A DNA stretch of 64,000 nt, taken from NCBI GenBank assembly GCA_045837725.1, contig JBEWZL010000166.1:186001-250000 (forward strand). Direction: 5' to 3'. The translations under genes were made by a program, and so were the position numbers. Positions 24,942-38,148 of this stretch are shown here, piece after piece (within the stretch, counting starts at the first letter, position 1; the number at the start of each line of letters is the position of its first letter). The stretch comes from Vermamoeba vermiformis (taxonomy: Eukaryota). The notes under the pieces were generated by a model. The model saw only the letters and a list, made by a program, of their open reading frames with translations, was not told the DNA's origin and searched no databases.

Positions 24942-25263
24942 TTGGTCGAATAACTCATGTCAAATGGAGACACGTATCATCAAATATCAAATGTGTAATT
25001 AAATCAAATGTAGATGCAATATGCTTTACCGATTAACCAACTCAGTACACGTTAATTTGCGCCAATCTCGCTGGAATTTACACGATCCACAAGAACAAAT
25101 TGCAATCGTGAAATTTCCCAAGGCCGAACAAAAAAATTAACGCTAGCGGTAAATTTAAGTCTCTTTCAAGTGTAATACCACAACTACTAGGTGCACATAA
25201 TAGCCTTTTGATTAGATTAAGCGGGCCGCGTTCAAAATACTGCTGCAGTTGTTACTCGACGGG

Positions 25264-27382
25264 ATGGAACATTTGCAACAACGAGAAAATCAACTGACAG
25301 CCTTGCTGCATCATGTACAACAATTGAACGAACAATATGCCATGTTGTGCAGCAATATCAAGCAGCAGTATCAAATTGAACCGAGCACGGATGTACTTGT
25401 CTTGCAAAATCAACTCTCCAACTTGCGCGACTTTTTCAGCGTGCTCAAGGTATGAATAACATTATAGTGGTCAATACGGTTATTAGAATTCATTTTTTTA
25501 TTAAATTGAAAAAACGACGACTTTCTTTAATCGCCGAGAAGATCCGATCAAAAAACTCAATCAGGAAAGATTTGATTTGATTCGCTGCGCTGTATTTACC
25601 TCGGAACAATTCCAAAAGAGCTACACTAACGTGTTTCTATTGCATTCTTGCAGGCAAAAGAGATTCCCGAGAGTCGCAGTGGCAATGGTCTGTTCTCTAT
25701 TTTGCCGCAGGAGATGATCCAGGTAACTAACCACTCGCAATACGCTTAGAGACATATATATAACACAGATATTTGTTATGCACTTGATATTTACTGCATA
25801 AGTATCACGCGGCGCAAGAGATTTTTCTGAAATTTAATAAAATTAACCGGATCCAGTCACGAACAAAGCTTATTAACTCGAATTAACACTCTATCAATAG
25901 TTGATTATGATGCAACTCAACAGCCCGCGCGATCTATTGTGTGCATTGGGAGCTACCAACAAGCAGTTCCACGCGCTGGTCGGTGAAGCGAGTCAAATCT
26001 GGTCTGCACTGCTGCGCGCTCATTATCCAACACGCGACAGCGCGCACCAGCTGCTGATTGCGCACAACACACCGCGATACGTCTACATGTGGCTGCACTA
26101 CTCGCCCACTGCGCGGCCATTGGAGAGTCAGTCTTTGCGCGAATTCGGCACTTTCAGCTGGTTCGAACAACAACACGCCGTCATCTACCAGGGTAAGTCA
26201 TGCTATATATATATGAGTACTATATATGGATAGGATATCTATCGCGCTTTGTCCCTCGTCGTTTTATTGCAATTTGAAAAAACTCCATCAACGCCTCGCT
26301 GAACGGTTTTTCCTAATTAGGAGAAAGAAAGCACGGCAAGCCCGATGGCTGGGGCAAGTTCACCTTCCCCAACGGCAGCACTTACACGGGACAGTGGCAC
26401 GAGGGAGAGCGCAACGGATTCGGTGTGCGCGTGTGGAGGTGAGTGTTTGACACGTGTCAATGCAAATGTTTCACGGACTGACGCACGAGTGACAGCGACG
26501 GCGGCAAATATGAAGGTGAATGGCGCAACAACAAGCGCGAAGGGTACGGCACGCACAGCCGCGCGAATGGCACCAGTTACTGTAAGTGCAACGAAATTGT
26601 TGCAAACACCGTTCTGACACGTGTCATTAGCTGGCGAATGGAAAAAGAATCGTCGCGATGGCTGGGGCGTGTTCTCGTGGAGTGACGGCGACAAGTACCA
26701 CGGTCACTGGCACCAGTCGCGCAGACTCGGCCTCGGTGTGCTGTATCAGCCCTCTGACCACGCCTCTGACCATGCCTCTGACCACACCTCTGACCACACC
26801 TCTGACCCCAGTGAGTGCGGCACGTACCAGTTGCAGTCGTGGATCATCAACTTGAACAACAACAACAGCAACAACGAGCACAAGTTCAATGTGCACAACA
26901 AGGGCACGCCACTCTTGCCCGCCCTCACGCCACACAACTTCAATGCCAAGCTATTTATAGAACACCGCGGCGACATGTCCGTCTTCGATCACCCGCTCTC
27001 GCTGCTGGCACTCTCCGCTGTCAAAACGAGGTCTTCGCAGGATGTCAGTGCGGACGATGACAGCTACAGCAGTGACAGCTCAGCCACTGACACTCCCATG
27101 TTTGACACGTGTCATCCAGTCGAGCGCACACTGACCAGCGACCGTCACGTGACAGCTGTCAAGCCCAATTTGTACATGCAAACTTTGCAGTTCAATTTCC
27201 ATCGCTCACTGCTGGCCAATCAACACGTGCCGCAGAATGACACGCACGTGGCAGTGACAGGTGTCAAACGACCCATCAGCGAGCTCGAGAGTGACAGCTC
27301 CGCACTGACGGACGAAGAGCTCGAGCTGTCAGATGTGTCACGTGATCACGTGCGCAAGAGACACAAGTCGGTGGACAAATAG
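25264..27382 (+). CDS. F-box-like and MORN-repeat protein
   Basis: Coiled N-terminus, LFSILPQEMIQ|LIMMQL F-box-like segment, repeats such as YEGEWRNNKREGYG and GEWKKNRRDGWG. Confidence 0.8.
26751..26808 (+). repeat. 12-bp coding tandem repeat (CCTCTGACCACA x5; SDHA/SDHT)
   Basis: Read directly from the sequence. Confidence 0.85.
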
Positions 27383-27516
27383 TGCTGTAAATAGCCGCGA
27401 CTATGTATAGACCCTGGTGTGCAGTAGAGCAAAGACTATGTACATATATTTATTTGCAGCTCTGACTGAGACACGGCACTTGACACGTGTCACAACCAGT
27501 CCTGTCAAACAATGGT

Positions 27517-28524
27517 TCACAGCAGTTTGTAGCTGTGCGTGGCGGTGTCTAAATAAATATCTCCATTCTCCATCATCTGCCGCTGGTTAGTCGTGCACAC
27601 TTGCCTAATATAGTAATCGCCTACCTCTGTGATGGTGTTGCGCAACAGTGGCACGCTGATTGACAGGTGCGTTGACAGCTGGTCAAATGTGAGTGTCACG
27701 TGCTCTTGCAGCAATTGACACACGCGCACTGGCAGCGAGACTGGTGGCACTGCAGCATTGCCTTTTTTGGGAAATAAAATGTCACGTGACTGCTGCAACA
27801 GGTGCCAGTGGTGCAGTTCCGCGAATGGGTCTTGATGCACGTGCAGCGAGTGGACGCGCAGACAGACCTGTTCGTACAGCTGGGCCTGCACTTGACGCTT
27901 CGACGCTATTTTTCCGCGACACTCCACCCACGTGCCCTGCAAATGACGCGTCAGTATACACGACAGTTGATTCCTAATTAGGCAATACCTGTGCCAACTG
28001 TCCACTGCGGCAGCGCACTATCGCGAGCCGTTGAGCAGCAGTGGTGCGCAGTTGATCGAAGAGCACCATGCACTGCACGACTCCTGTGCCGTCATCTGAT
28101 TGGTCGTCAGTCACGTGGTGTGGTTCATGAACGGCATTCACTGAATGCAATGCGTACCGATGTAAACGAGTGCACCTTGCTGTTCATTGCCGTGTCGCAG
28201 CCACACGACGATGCCTGCTACGCGCACGTAGCTGATCTTGCGCGGAGGATTGCCTAACTTGGGCTCAACTCCTTTGTCTTGCTTCAGACACCACTCTGCT
28301 AATTTGTTGACATCGCTGCACGTTAAGGTGAAGCACTCTAAATTATAAATCGTATTAATGCGAGTATTTTTAATAATTTTTAAATAATTTGTTGCATGCA
28401 GATCGAGAAATTCTCGGAAGCGCATTGAATAAAGGACCGCGTCTAACTGATATTAATAGTCTATATTTATATGTGTGCATGTATTGCTATCGCACCAGCG
28501 CGTACCGTGCATTGTGGTGTCCAT
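27517..28524 (-). CDS. STN1/RPA2-like OB-fold protein with C-terminal winged helix
   Basis: VRVAGIVV, DDGTGVVQC, VECRGKI, DPFAELHHW, MMENGDIY; start inferred from a short first exon MDTTMH. Confidence 0.7.
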
Positions 28525-28585
28525 GTCATATTGTTTGTTGCACTGCACGGAGCACAACTATCGCTGTAGTCTTATTAATATATTA

Positions 28586-30185
28586 ATGCCGCGATTGCTC
28601 AGCGCGAGTGAACGATCACGCGTGGGGTACTGCGTGCTCTTTCTGTGTCAAACACTCTTCGCGTGGCTGTTGCGAGATCTGATCAGTCCCAAAATCACGC
28701 CTGAATGTACGTCATTTTATTTTTAATATGGACATATCATTATGTTTTATTCAATGCGCTGCTAATCGAGCTTAAATAACGAACAAAATCAGTTGGATCT
28801 GAAATAAATTAATTAAATTCGAGTGTAATATTAATGTATCGCACTACAGGGTATTTGCGCATATTTGTGTTCGATGATGAAGGCTGCGCCACTTCACCAA
28901 ATTGTGTCGCCAAAGCGAATGTGATCCGACTCTGCTTCGCGTATTTCATGTTCTATTTTGTGCACGTGATCGTGTTTCTAATTATGGCAGCACGACACAA
29001 GTCACTCGAACACTTCGCTTCAGTGAACAGCTATGACATGCGCACGTGGCCCCTGCAAGAGACAGTGTACAAAGCAGAGCTATTTTTAGCGCACTACTGG
29101 ATCCCCAAACTAGTGGTGCTGCTGCTATTTATAGGCCTGTCGATACTCATCAACAGCGACATATTACTATATATAGGCTACTTTGGATTCTTCGGCGGTG
29201 GTCTGTTCTTGTTCCTGCAAATCATCACCCTGGTCGATTTTGCCTATTTTTGGAAAGAGAATTGGTCCTCACGCCGCACACTGGGCTGGTAAGTTGACAC
29301 GTGTCACATGACGTACCGCACGACTGACGCGCGTGTCACAGGCAGATCAGCATTCGCGTGATGACGGCAGTGCTGTACATACTGAGCGCGGGACTGTTGG
29401 CCATCATGGTGCACTGGTTCGTACCGAGCACGGACTGCGTGATCAATCTCGTCGTGCTGCTCGAGACTGCACTCGCGGCACTGCTCTTGTCGCTGGTCTC
29501 GTCGCTCGAGGCCGTGGAGCGCGGCTCACTGTTGACCTCTGCAGTGGTGACTGTCTACTGCGCATTCCTGTGCTGGGCTGCGATGGCTGGCGAGACAGGC
29601 ACTGGCTGCAACACTGATCGCGGTAGGTGATTGGTCTGCGGACTGGGATGTGCATTAATCCGTTCATGAAACAGATGACTTCCTCGACTTCCACACTCAC
29701 TGGGGCATTTTGATCGCTGTAAGTCACGTGACATAATTATTGCACTTTGTTCTGATCGGTGCCAAAAATAGACCAATCTGCTGACGCTCTTCTCGACCAC
29801 CTACGACACATTCTCCTATTTGACGCAACAGCCAGTGGACACCAGCGAAGTGCAGTACGTTTCAATGAATTCACGTGCTCAGGACGTTGAACCTTCCAAA
29901 TTTGGCTTGACCAAGTTGATGGTGGTGTTCGCGACTGCATCGACCTATCTCATGTCGACCTACGTGGGCTGGAACTTGACGCACGTGGACACGGAGCCCG
30001 ATGCTGGCACGGTGGCATTTTGGATCATGGTACGTGGTGTCACGCGATGACTATTTATAGACACTAACACGTGCCTGCAGATCTCCGCGCAGATATTGAC
30101 CGTGCTGCTGTACGCGTGGTCACTGCTCGGGCCATTAATTCTGCGCCGCTGCATGAACCGCGACGATGACTGGCACGAGGAATAA
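28586..30185 (+). CDS. Serinc/TMS (TDE) family membrane protein
   Basis: LFLFLQIITLVDFAYFWKE, GSLLTSAVVTVYC, LLYAWSLLGP; multiple TM helices. Confidence 0.85.
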
Positions 30186-30489
30186 CAACTGTAGATAGTG
30201 AGCATATAATATGCTCTATATACTCATAGGACTGTGAATAGCTAGCAGTGTGCTGCACATGTGTTATATAACCCATTTTGTGAATAAGAATAAACCGCGA
30301 GATTACAAATGGCTGTGGTTATGAAGTTCATTGGTGAATCTAATACTCGTTCAATAAGGAATTAAATTTTCCTTCCGGAACAAATTGTTTGCCTAATTAA
30401 GACCACGATATCCAAATGGAAAGGAAAGTACTTCTTTTATTACAAGTACTCGTCAGCTATTTACAATACAATACTCGTCCTATTCAGTG

Positions 30490-31294
30490 CTACATGGGGG
30501 GTGGTACAGCACTGACGTCACTCATCTCCATGCTCTCGAGCGGTGCCAGGCCCGACGAGCTCAAGTGCATCACATCGTTGCTGTTGTTCGAGTGCTCGTA
30601 GGTCAGACGCGAGTTCTCGTTGCTCGTGCCACTCATCGCCACGGCACTGCGCGAGGACCAGTCGATCGCAAACAGTGTGACGCGTGGTCGCTCGTCCAAA
30701 ATGTTGCGCACAATGAGCTGTGGCTGCGGCACTTCAGGCGGGTTGAGTCGCATCTCCTCGTTGTCGTATTCGTTCGAGAGGTAGTAGCCCACACGAATGA
30801 ACTCTTGGCCGCGATACGAGCACGTCAGCAGCAGCACTGTCACTCCGATCAGATCATCGCGCGGGATCTGGTTGAGGTCTGGAGGGTCAGCCTAGCATCA
30901 TTCGTTAATTATCGTGCAATTGGAAGAACTGGTTGTGGATGTGAGGATTAATTACCTGGAAAACAAATTTGTTCAAACCAACGGCAACTGGACCCAGCAA
31001 AATAGAGTCTAATATTAAATCCTTTTCTTGATTTTCCGGGCAACACACGTAGATTAAGCTCCACTCCAAATCTGCAACAGACACGAATTAGTTTAGAGTT
31101 ACATTACTCTGTACCACGTTATTTATTGCGTGCATATTTTAGAAAATAAATATTAATTGAAATAATCAATATTGAGATTAATTACCATCTTCAAGAGGAG
31201 ATGCGCATTCAAAAGTTATTTCAAATTGGAAAGGGTTTGTGAACTTGGTTGGATTGTCCAACACTTGTACGTGTGTTATATTGATGATACTCAT
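30490..31294 (-). CDS. ASF1: Histone chaperone ASF1
   Basis: [44 protein letters not shown]. Confidence 0.97.
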
Positions 31295-31464
31295 TTGTAA
31301 ATAAATGAGTTGTTGTCACACACTTGACGCAGAATTTTAAATACCGTTCAACAAACAGCGAACCGATTTTAAAAAAGCGCGCCATTTTGTGATGTTCGTT
31401 TTGCCGAGTTACGAGGACTCAATTATGGATAGGAGTGAACGATGAATGTCTACTGTACTTTATT

Positions 31465-33976
31465 CTACTGTTTTTGGTGCGATTGCTTTAAATTTGGGAA
31501 GCGATCTGCGATGAGAGGATAGTCGGGGCGTGATCGAGCTTGTTCGCTCATATCTCGCTGCAATTGAGCTATGTACAATGGCGTGAGTGACGATGGAGCA
31601 GGAGGTGTTTGAGCATTCAACTTCTTGGCTACTCGATGCAGTACTTGTTCTAACAGCTGTTCGCTCACGTCTGATGCGGTTGTGTTACTTGGGCTTGCGT
31701 TCTTTAGGATCTTGTAACCAATACATTAGACTCGTCGCGTATTAATGATCAATGAGTGGAACGAGTTATTACCTACCTTTCGTTTCTTGTTCGGGTGAGG
31801 GTGATCAGCAGCATACGCATCAGAGAACGGATCTTGCTCTCGCTGCTTCTCTTGTCGCTGTACATCGCGTGCTACAATGTCATTCCAATCAGTAGGCACG
31901 CCAGGGATGACGGGCAAGGGCTCGGCATTGTTGTTGTTGTTGTTCACCACTCCCGGTACGCTCGATCCACTGTGCGCGGCATAGACCCGCAAGACGTAGT
32001 CAGTGATCATCGTGCTGCTCATGGTCATCAACTCAGCGGGCAGTTGCTCCATGTGCACGAGGGCAGTGACGATGTGTCTGATGACCAGTGCGGCACTCTC
32101 CACGCCCGCATCCAGCTCCGCACTCAACGCGCGCACCCACTGCACCAAGGCGCTGTGTACCAGGGTGCGCAGAGCTCCGCTGCGATCAGTGCCGCTCTCA
32201 CTGGTGCACCACTGCACGAGTGACTTGATGCTGGGGGTGAGTGCACTCATCGTGATGGCCACGTGCGCGTTGTTGGGCAGCTGTTGTTGCAGTTCACTCG
32301 GCAGCGCGGTGTGACGCACTTGCACTTCAAAGGCCTGCACGAGTTGTTCCGCAAACTTGTGTTGCGCATCAGTCACGTGACCGGTACTGCTCAGACGCGG
32401 CAGTTGTTCCGCCATCCAGCGCTGTCGCACGAGCGGTTGAATGCGGTCCCAACAGCTCCACTGACCCGCCATGAGTGCGAGGAGTTCGGGCACGGTCATG
32501 TGGTCCAGCACGGCCTGCATCAGCCAGCTCACGGCATCGCTGCTGTCCAAGTGCGCGGCAGGGTTCATGGCACTGATCGCAGCGCTCAACGTCGCGTTCT
32601 GTTGCGGCGCGGTCATGAGCTGATTGACCGCTGAGAACATCTGATTCAACATGGCACCAGTGGGGTTGTTCATCATGTTCGCTGTGGCCGAGGGTGGCAC
32701 GGTGCCACTCGTCGTACCCGGGGTGTTGGGTGCCGCGGTGGTGTTGGCAGGTGGCACAAAGGACTGCATCATCGAGTTCATCATTTGCATCAGCGGATTG
32801 GTGTTCGTGTTCGGTGCAGTGGTGGTGGTGGCAGGTCCTGAGGGCGGAACATTGCCTTGGCGACGGATGGTGATGAGCGGAATATTCATGTGCATCGTGT
32901 TCTGTGCATTCTCTGCACCAGGGTCTGCGGTGGCAATCTGATAGACCTGCATGTGCGGGGTGACATTGGTGTTGCTGGCTGGTGGCACGTAGTTGGGATC
33001 GATCAGCGTGCCCATATTTGGCGAGACGAGTGTCAGCATGATGCCCAATTGGTGCACAATCTGTTGCAGTTGTCGGATCTTCTCCGCATTGTTGTTTTGC
33101 GTCAACTCGCTGCGACGTGTCAATGCTTGACTGACACGTGTCAAAGTAGCGCTCACACGGTCCAGGAGGTGCGTGTCATTTGACGTCTCTTGCGGGGTGC
33201 CAGGTGCCACTCCGAGCTGCGTGAGTTGTTGATCGAGCGTGCTCAAGAACTGTCGCACGTGTGCGTGTCTGTCAGGTGCGGGCACAGTGCCCACCATGCC
33301 AGGTGGATTGGCAGTGACAGTTGGTGGCACACTGCCACTCACATTCTGCGGTGCGGCATTGGGACCACCGTTGATAGTGTTCAACAACGAGCCAATGATC
33401 TGATTGATGGGTGGAGGGGTGCCATCGTTGGGAATTGAGATGGTGCCCATGACCATATTAGGAAATGCAACGAAATTTCGCTGTTGTGTGGTAGTGTTGG
33501 TGTTGGGGGCAGTGGGCGGCGTCTGATTGGTCGCTGCTTGGACTTGCGGCTTGCGCTCCACCATGTGCAGCGTCTGACCTGTCTCTAGTCCTGCAGCGAG
33601 TGTTAGCGGATCTGTGTGCAGAGTGCGCATCGAGAGCAAGAGCTGAAATTGAAAGCGCAGTACACACCGAAATCTGCAGCAGTCTTGTCATCAGTCATGG
33701 CTTTGCCTTGAAATATGAGTCTTTGAATATCTGCACTAACATTGGAGACTTGTTCGATCTTCTTTTTGAGTTCTGGAACGCTGATCTAATATTGAAAATT
33801 AAAAAATTAATTTGCAAATATGGCGGAACAATTAAATAAAGTAGTCGATAATTATGCTGTTAGCTCTTAATTGTTGAAAATGGGCAGATAATAATTCTTA
33901 CATTTTTAGGCACGGTAATGGAATAGACATTTGAATTGAGGGTTTTAACATTGATGGTGATATCTTCAGCACTCAT
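31465..33976 (-). CDS. BAG6-like ubiquitin-domain protein
   Basis: N-terminal UBL (INVKTL...QRLIFQGK...LHMVER), Pro/Asn-rich middle, DVQRQ...PFSDAY and NLS, C-terminal ADRFPN. Confidence 0.85.
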
Positions 33977-34131
33977 CTTTGCACTGTAGTATATATATAC
34001 ACGTTACTAGTGATACAAAGAGCTGTGGGTGCTCAATTCAACAACAACAAATAATGAGCTCAGATGACGTGTCATAAAAATTTTTATTTCGCAATTTGAA
34101 TATGCACAGAATATTTACAATGGTGTATTAA

Positions 34132-34444
34132 TTATTCATAATCACCTGGACGACGAGGCACTCGCTTATTGTCCCACTTAGTGAATACTTGCTGATCTTC
34201 CAGTTTCTGAACGGATCCAAATCGTTAATTCCGCATTAAATCAACCTTATATGCCATCAATTACCTCCAATTCTTTTTCAAGTTCAAATTTAGGAGCAGG
34301 GCGCGTGGGTCGATTGACTTTCGCGAGTTCAATGCCGCGATCGTGTCGCTCGTACTTGGCTTGACTCATTTGCGTCATGAAGAGCGTGCCGCCAATGACA
34401 ATCGCAATGAACGGCACCCCAAACTTGAGGAACTGCTTGCTCAT
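34132..34444 (-). CDS. COX16: Cytochrome c oxidase assembly factor COX16
   Basis: FLKFGVPFIAIVIGG, KYE, WDNKRVPR; an upstream in-frame ATG exists at 34567. Confidence 0.85.
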
Positions 34445-34597
34445 AGCTCTGTGCTCTTGTCCTCTCTTGCTGCTAATTTTGGCACCGATTCCCGATCCTT
34501 CCGGAGACTGAAAAGCACGTGGCGGTGGAAGGTTTAAACGAAAATTTCTGAATAATAACCACCACATTATCTACTACCACCAGAATACTAGCACCAC

Positions 34598-35345
34598 ATG
34601 AAAGCAGTACTGTTAGTGCTCGTGATTGTCGCGCTCACAGGAGTGCTGAGCAAGACCCCTCCAGTGTGGCCCAAGCAATTCGATGCTGCCTTTGATGTAC
34701 TCGTACCCAAATACGTAAGATTGTACTCGCCTATGTGCTCGTCATACTCACACTCAGCTGCAGGGAGCTGGATTCGTTCAGAAAGGTCATGTGTTCTACG
34801 ATTGGACGCTGCGTACCATGCGCGCTGATTACTATGACTGGTGCATCCCTCTCTTCGGCAAGAAGCGAGCTTCGATGGGCCTATATAACGAAACCTGCAC
34901 GTTCTTAATGACCAAAGTGGGCACTTACTTCATCAGCCCTGATTTCCCGATCGAATCTGATCGGTGCTGTTTGTTTGAGTCAGGACTGGCTATGCCCATC
35001 CCTAATTGGCTCTCTAACACGCAGTACAACGGCACGGTGACTATTCGCAATCAACTATGCGATCTCTGGTGGTTCCCAGGCACGAGTAAGTACCGGATGG
35101 AGTGCCGCACCTGATGACTCACCTATCGTGCGATTGTAGGTAACCCCGATCAACCATACTACGGATACTACGACCGAGCAGACGACGAGACACCAGTGCG
35201 CTTCTTGGGTCTGAGCTCCATCGGCGAGACACTGCTCGACTACACCTCGTATCACATCGGACCCAGCGATCCCAGTCTATTCGCACCCCCACCCAACTGC
35301 GAGCAGGCGTGTGTCAGTCCCCCGCCCCCCTCTATCATGTTGTAA
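34598..35345 (+). CDS. Secreted Cys-containing protein, ependymin-related/LolA-like fold suspected
   Basis: Signal peptide, PPVWPKQF, FYDW, CC, CDLW, LFAPPPNC; 3 exons. Confidence 0.6.
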
Positions 35346-35416
35346 ATGCAGTAAATAGTGTGCACACAGCGCAGTTAACTGAGCAGTATTTACATCTCCG
35401 TTGAGTGCTGCAGAGC

Positions 35417-36850
35417 TCAACCGAGTCTATGGTACATGATCAGCAGACACTCTTTGACTGCTTCAATGTAGCGGATCCAACACGACAGCGCGGTGGACTT
35501 GTTGTACCCTGCGAGGCCCAATCGATCGTAGTAGAGCGGCAGTTCATCTTCAATCACATTCAGCAGCACATCAACGTCACTCGCACTCAGTTCTGCGCGC
35601 AGACAGGGCTCGGCGATCTTGTCCGCGAGGTCCACAAAGATGTCTTTGAAGTGCTTGGCGTGCGAGAGATTGTAGCCGATGGAGAACAGCTCTTTGAGCA
35701 CATTGCCCAGCTTGTGCATCAGCGCACTCATCTTGCGACTCTCGAGCCGCGCACTCAACTTGTCCTTCACGCTGTGCTTGAACTCCGACAGCTGTTCGGT
35801 GATTTGATTCTTCAGCTCGCGCAGCACGGAGATCATGCGCGTGTCCAGATAGACGCTCTGTGCCTCGCCCAACATCACTGCTGTGCCGCGCAGATTGTCG
35901 CTCGTGCTCACCACCACCGTCCAGCGCGTCATCAGTACATTCGCCAGCGACTCCAAGTCACTGTAGCGCAGTGCTGATACGCGCTTGCGTGTCTCGAAGC
36001 GATGATGCACCAAGAAGAGTGCTCGTGCATATGTACTGCATAGGGGGGTGAGTGGACTGCGTGTCGTGCGCACAGTACTGCTTACCAGGCGAGTTCACGC
36101 GGTATTAAGAAGTGGTGTTGTATGAACTCGACGATAGATGTGTCCATTACACCACGCGTACTGGCACTCGTGTTGCTTGGCTGCGTACTCGTCGCGTTGG
36201 CTGCAGCTGATTGGCTGTTGCTCTTCAGCGCGGCCATCACTCGCTTGCGTATGCGGCGCAAATTGTCAAACTAGAATGGGCTTAGTTACGTGCGGCACGG
36301 CGATGATAATGGCACGCCTACCTGTCTGCGGCAACTCTTGAACTTAATTTGAAGTCGATCGCCGATCTCGTCAAGTTCTTTGCGTAATTTAGCTCGTAAT
36401 TTTTTTCCGATAAACTCTTTGACAAGATCGCCATCAATTGTATAGTACCTAATTAATCCGTCAATTATGTATTGTATCGTCAGTGAGCTGCGTACTGGTT
36501 TAAGATTTCTTGTTGGATCGAAGGTTCGATATTGAACAACACTTGTTGACTTAATGACTTGGGGTGCATTAAATAGTGTTCTAGCATTAAGAAGTTGCGA
36601 TATTGGTCGAGTACGTCACGCACGACAAGTTCGCTATCAAATTGTATTGCTTTCTTATTCTTACGCAGTTGTTGCGCTACTTTTTGAGCTAGTAATATAT
36701 TAATATTAATATTAATGATGATTATTCGTGATAACAACATCATGATGACTCACCTTTTACACCATTCACCCACGAGTTAAAGATCCGCAGGTCAATACGG
36801 ATTGGGTCTGCCACAAACACCCAAATTTCATCTTGAATAGGTGTCGCCAT
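35417..36850 (-). CDS. FIBP: FGF intracellular-binding protein (FIBP)
   Basis: DVLDQYRNFLMLEHYL, SCRRQFDNLRRI, RFETRKR, KDIFVDL. Confidence 0.88.
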
Positions 36851-37007
36851 CAGTGCGTGCTCAATAAGTCACTAGCGAAGAGAGCACTGATTTTTGCCCA
36901 TCAAACTTGTGCGCTGATTTTTGACGGTCAAATCTTCGCGACCGTTTTTTTTTTGCCCGCGCAAAAATATTTGAACTTAATCGATTCGACAGCGCTCATA
37001 AAACACA

Positions 37008-38007
37008 ATGGCGAGCCCTGAAAGTGATATTGGCGGCGTTAATACACGCTCGCAAAAATTCTCGGAGGTCAATTTAATGAATTTAGTTTATTTTGGAACT
37101 CCAACCCAAAAAGAAATCCAACAAGACTTCGATATAATTGATTCCCTCGATAAATATACACACTTAGAGCCTGTTCAGCGCATACTAAGTCAAGAGCGAC
37201 TAGCAGCAGTAATGAAATTGCAGCGCGTAATTCGATCGAAGCTTAACAAAAAGAAACAAGAAGACTTCTTCGCTCCCGCCAATATAACCAACAATGCCAT
37301 ACCAGACACAGCAGATGTTAATTTGGTAGTCGATAAATTCAAAGAGATGAATGAACAATGGACCAAGAGTGTCGAGTTATTGGATGCAGAACAATTTAAA
37401 GCCGCACGAAGCAAGGTAAAGCGCTAAACTGTGCTCCGCGATGGCACTTACATTATTGCAGGGTATTTCCGACGATCAATGGGGTGTACTGACAAAAGAT
37501 CTGCTCGATTGCAAGTCAAAACTACACCAAATCCGGGAGAAGCGAGAGACCCTACTGCAAGAGCTGCAACTGCGAGAAGAAGAGGAGAAGTTAGTTATGC
37601 AACGACACTCTGCACGCGTTGAACAGCTGAAGCAACAATTAACGCGCATTGATCGCGAAAAGACAGAATTACTCGCGCAGATCGAGCGCGGTGATGTGTC
37701 TGAACTGCTGGCGATGGATCTGCCTGACGAACTCTCGTACCCTGACAGCCGCAGACCTGGTGCAGTACCAAGTGATGAGGGTCGCAAGAAAAAGCGTGTT
37801 GTGTCTTGGGCTCAAGTGGAGTCAGATGCGGTACAAAGTCACAGTCCGAAGCGCATTCAACCAGCGCGACCGTGCTTGAAGAAGCGTGCGGATGACAAAG
37901 AGAATAGAGGCCACAATAATACTAACCACAGTGGTCGTTCACAGCTGCGTCCTCCGTCGTTGAATCATCAGTTCTTCAAAGCCATTCCGCACAAGCCAGT
38001 GCTGTAG
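37008..38007 (+). CDS. Hypothetical coiled-coil protein (IQ-like and RVxW motifs)
   Basis: Two long exons joined in phase; AVMKLQRVIR and KKKRVVSW. Confidence 0.65.
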
Positions 38008-38148
38008 GACCAGCGTGAATAGTTCTCATGTCTTGTAAATAGCGTGTAGTGTATGAGTATAGTAAACTCAAGTGTTTATTATATAGCACGTGTTTATTAC
38101 AATCAACTGTACAAGGAATGCGACTAATTAGAGGGCACAAGAACAGTG

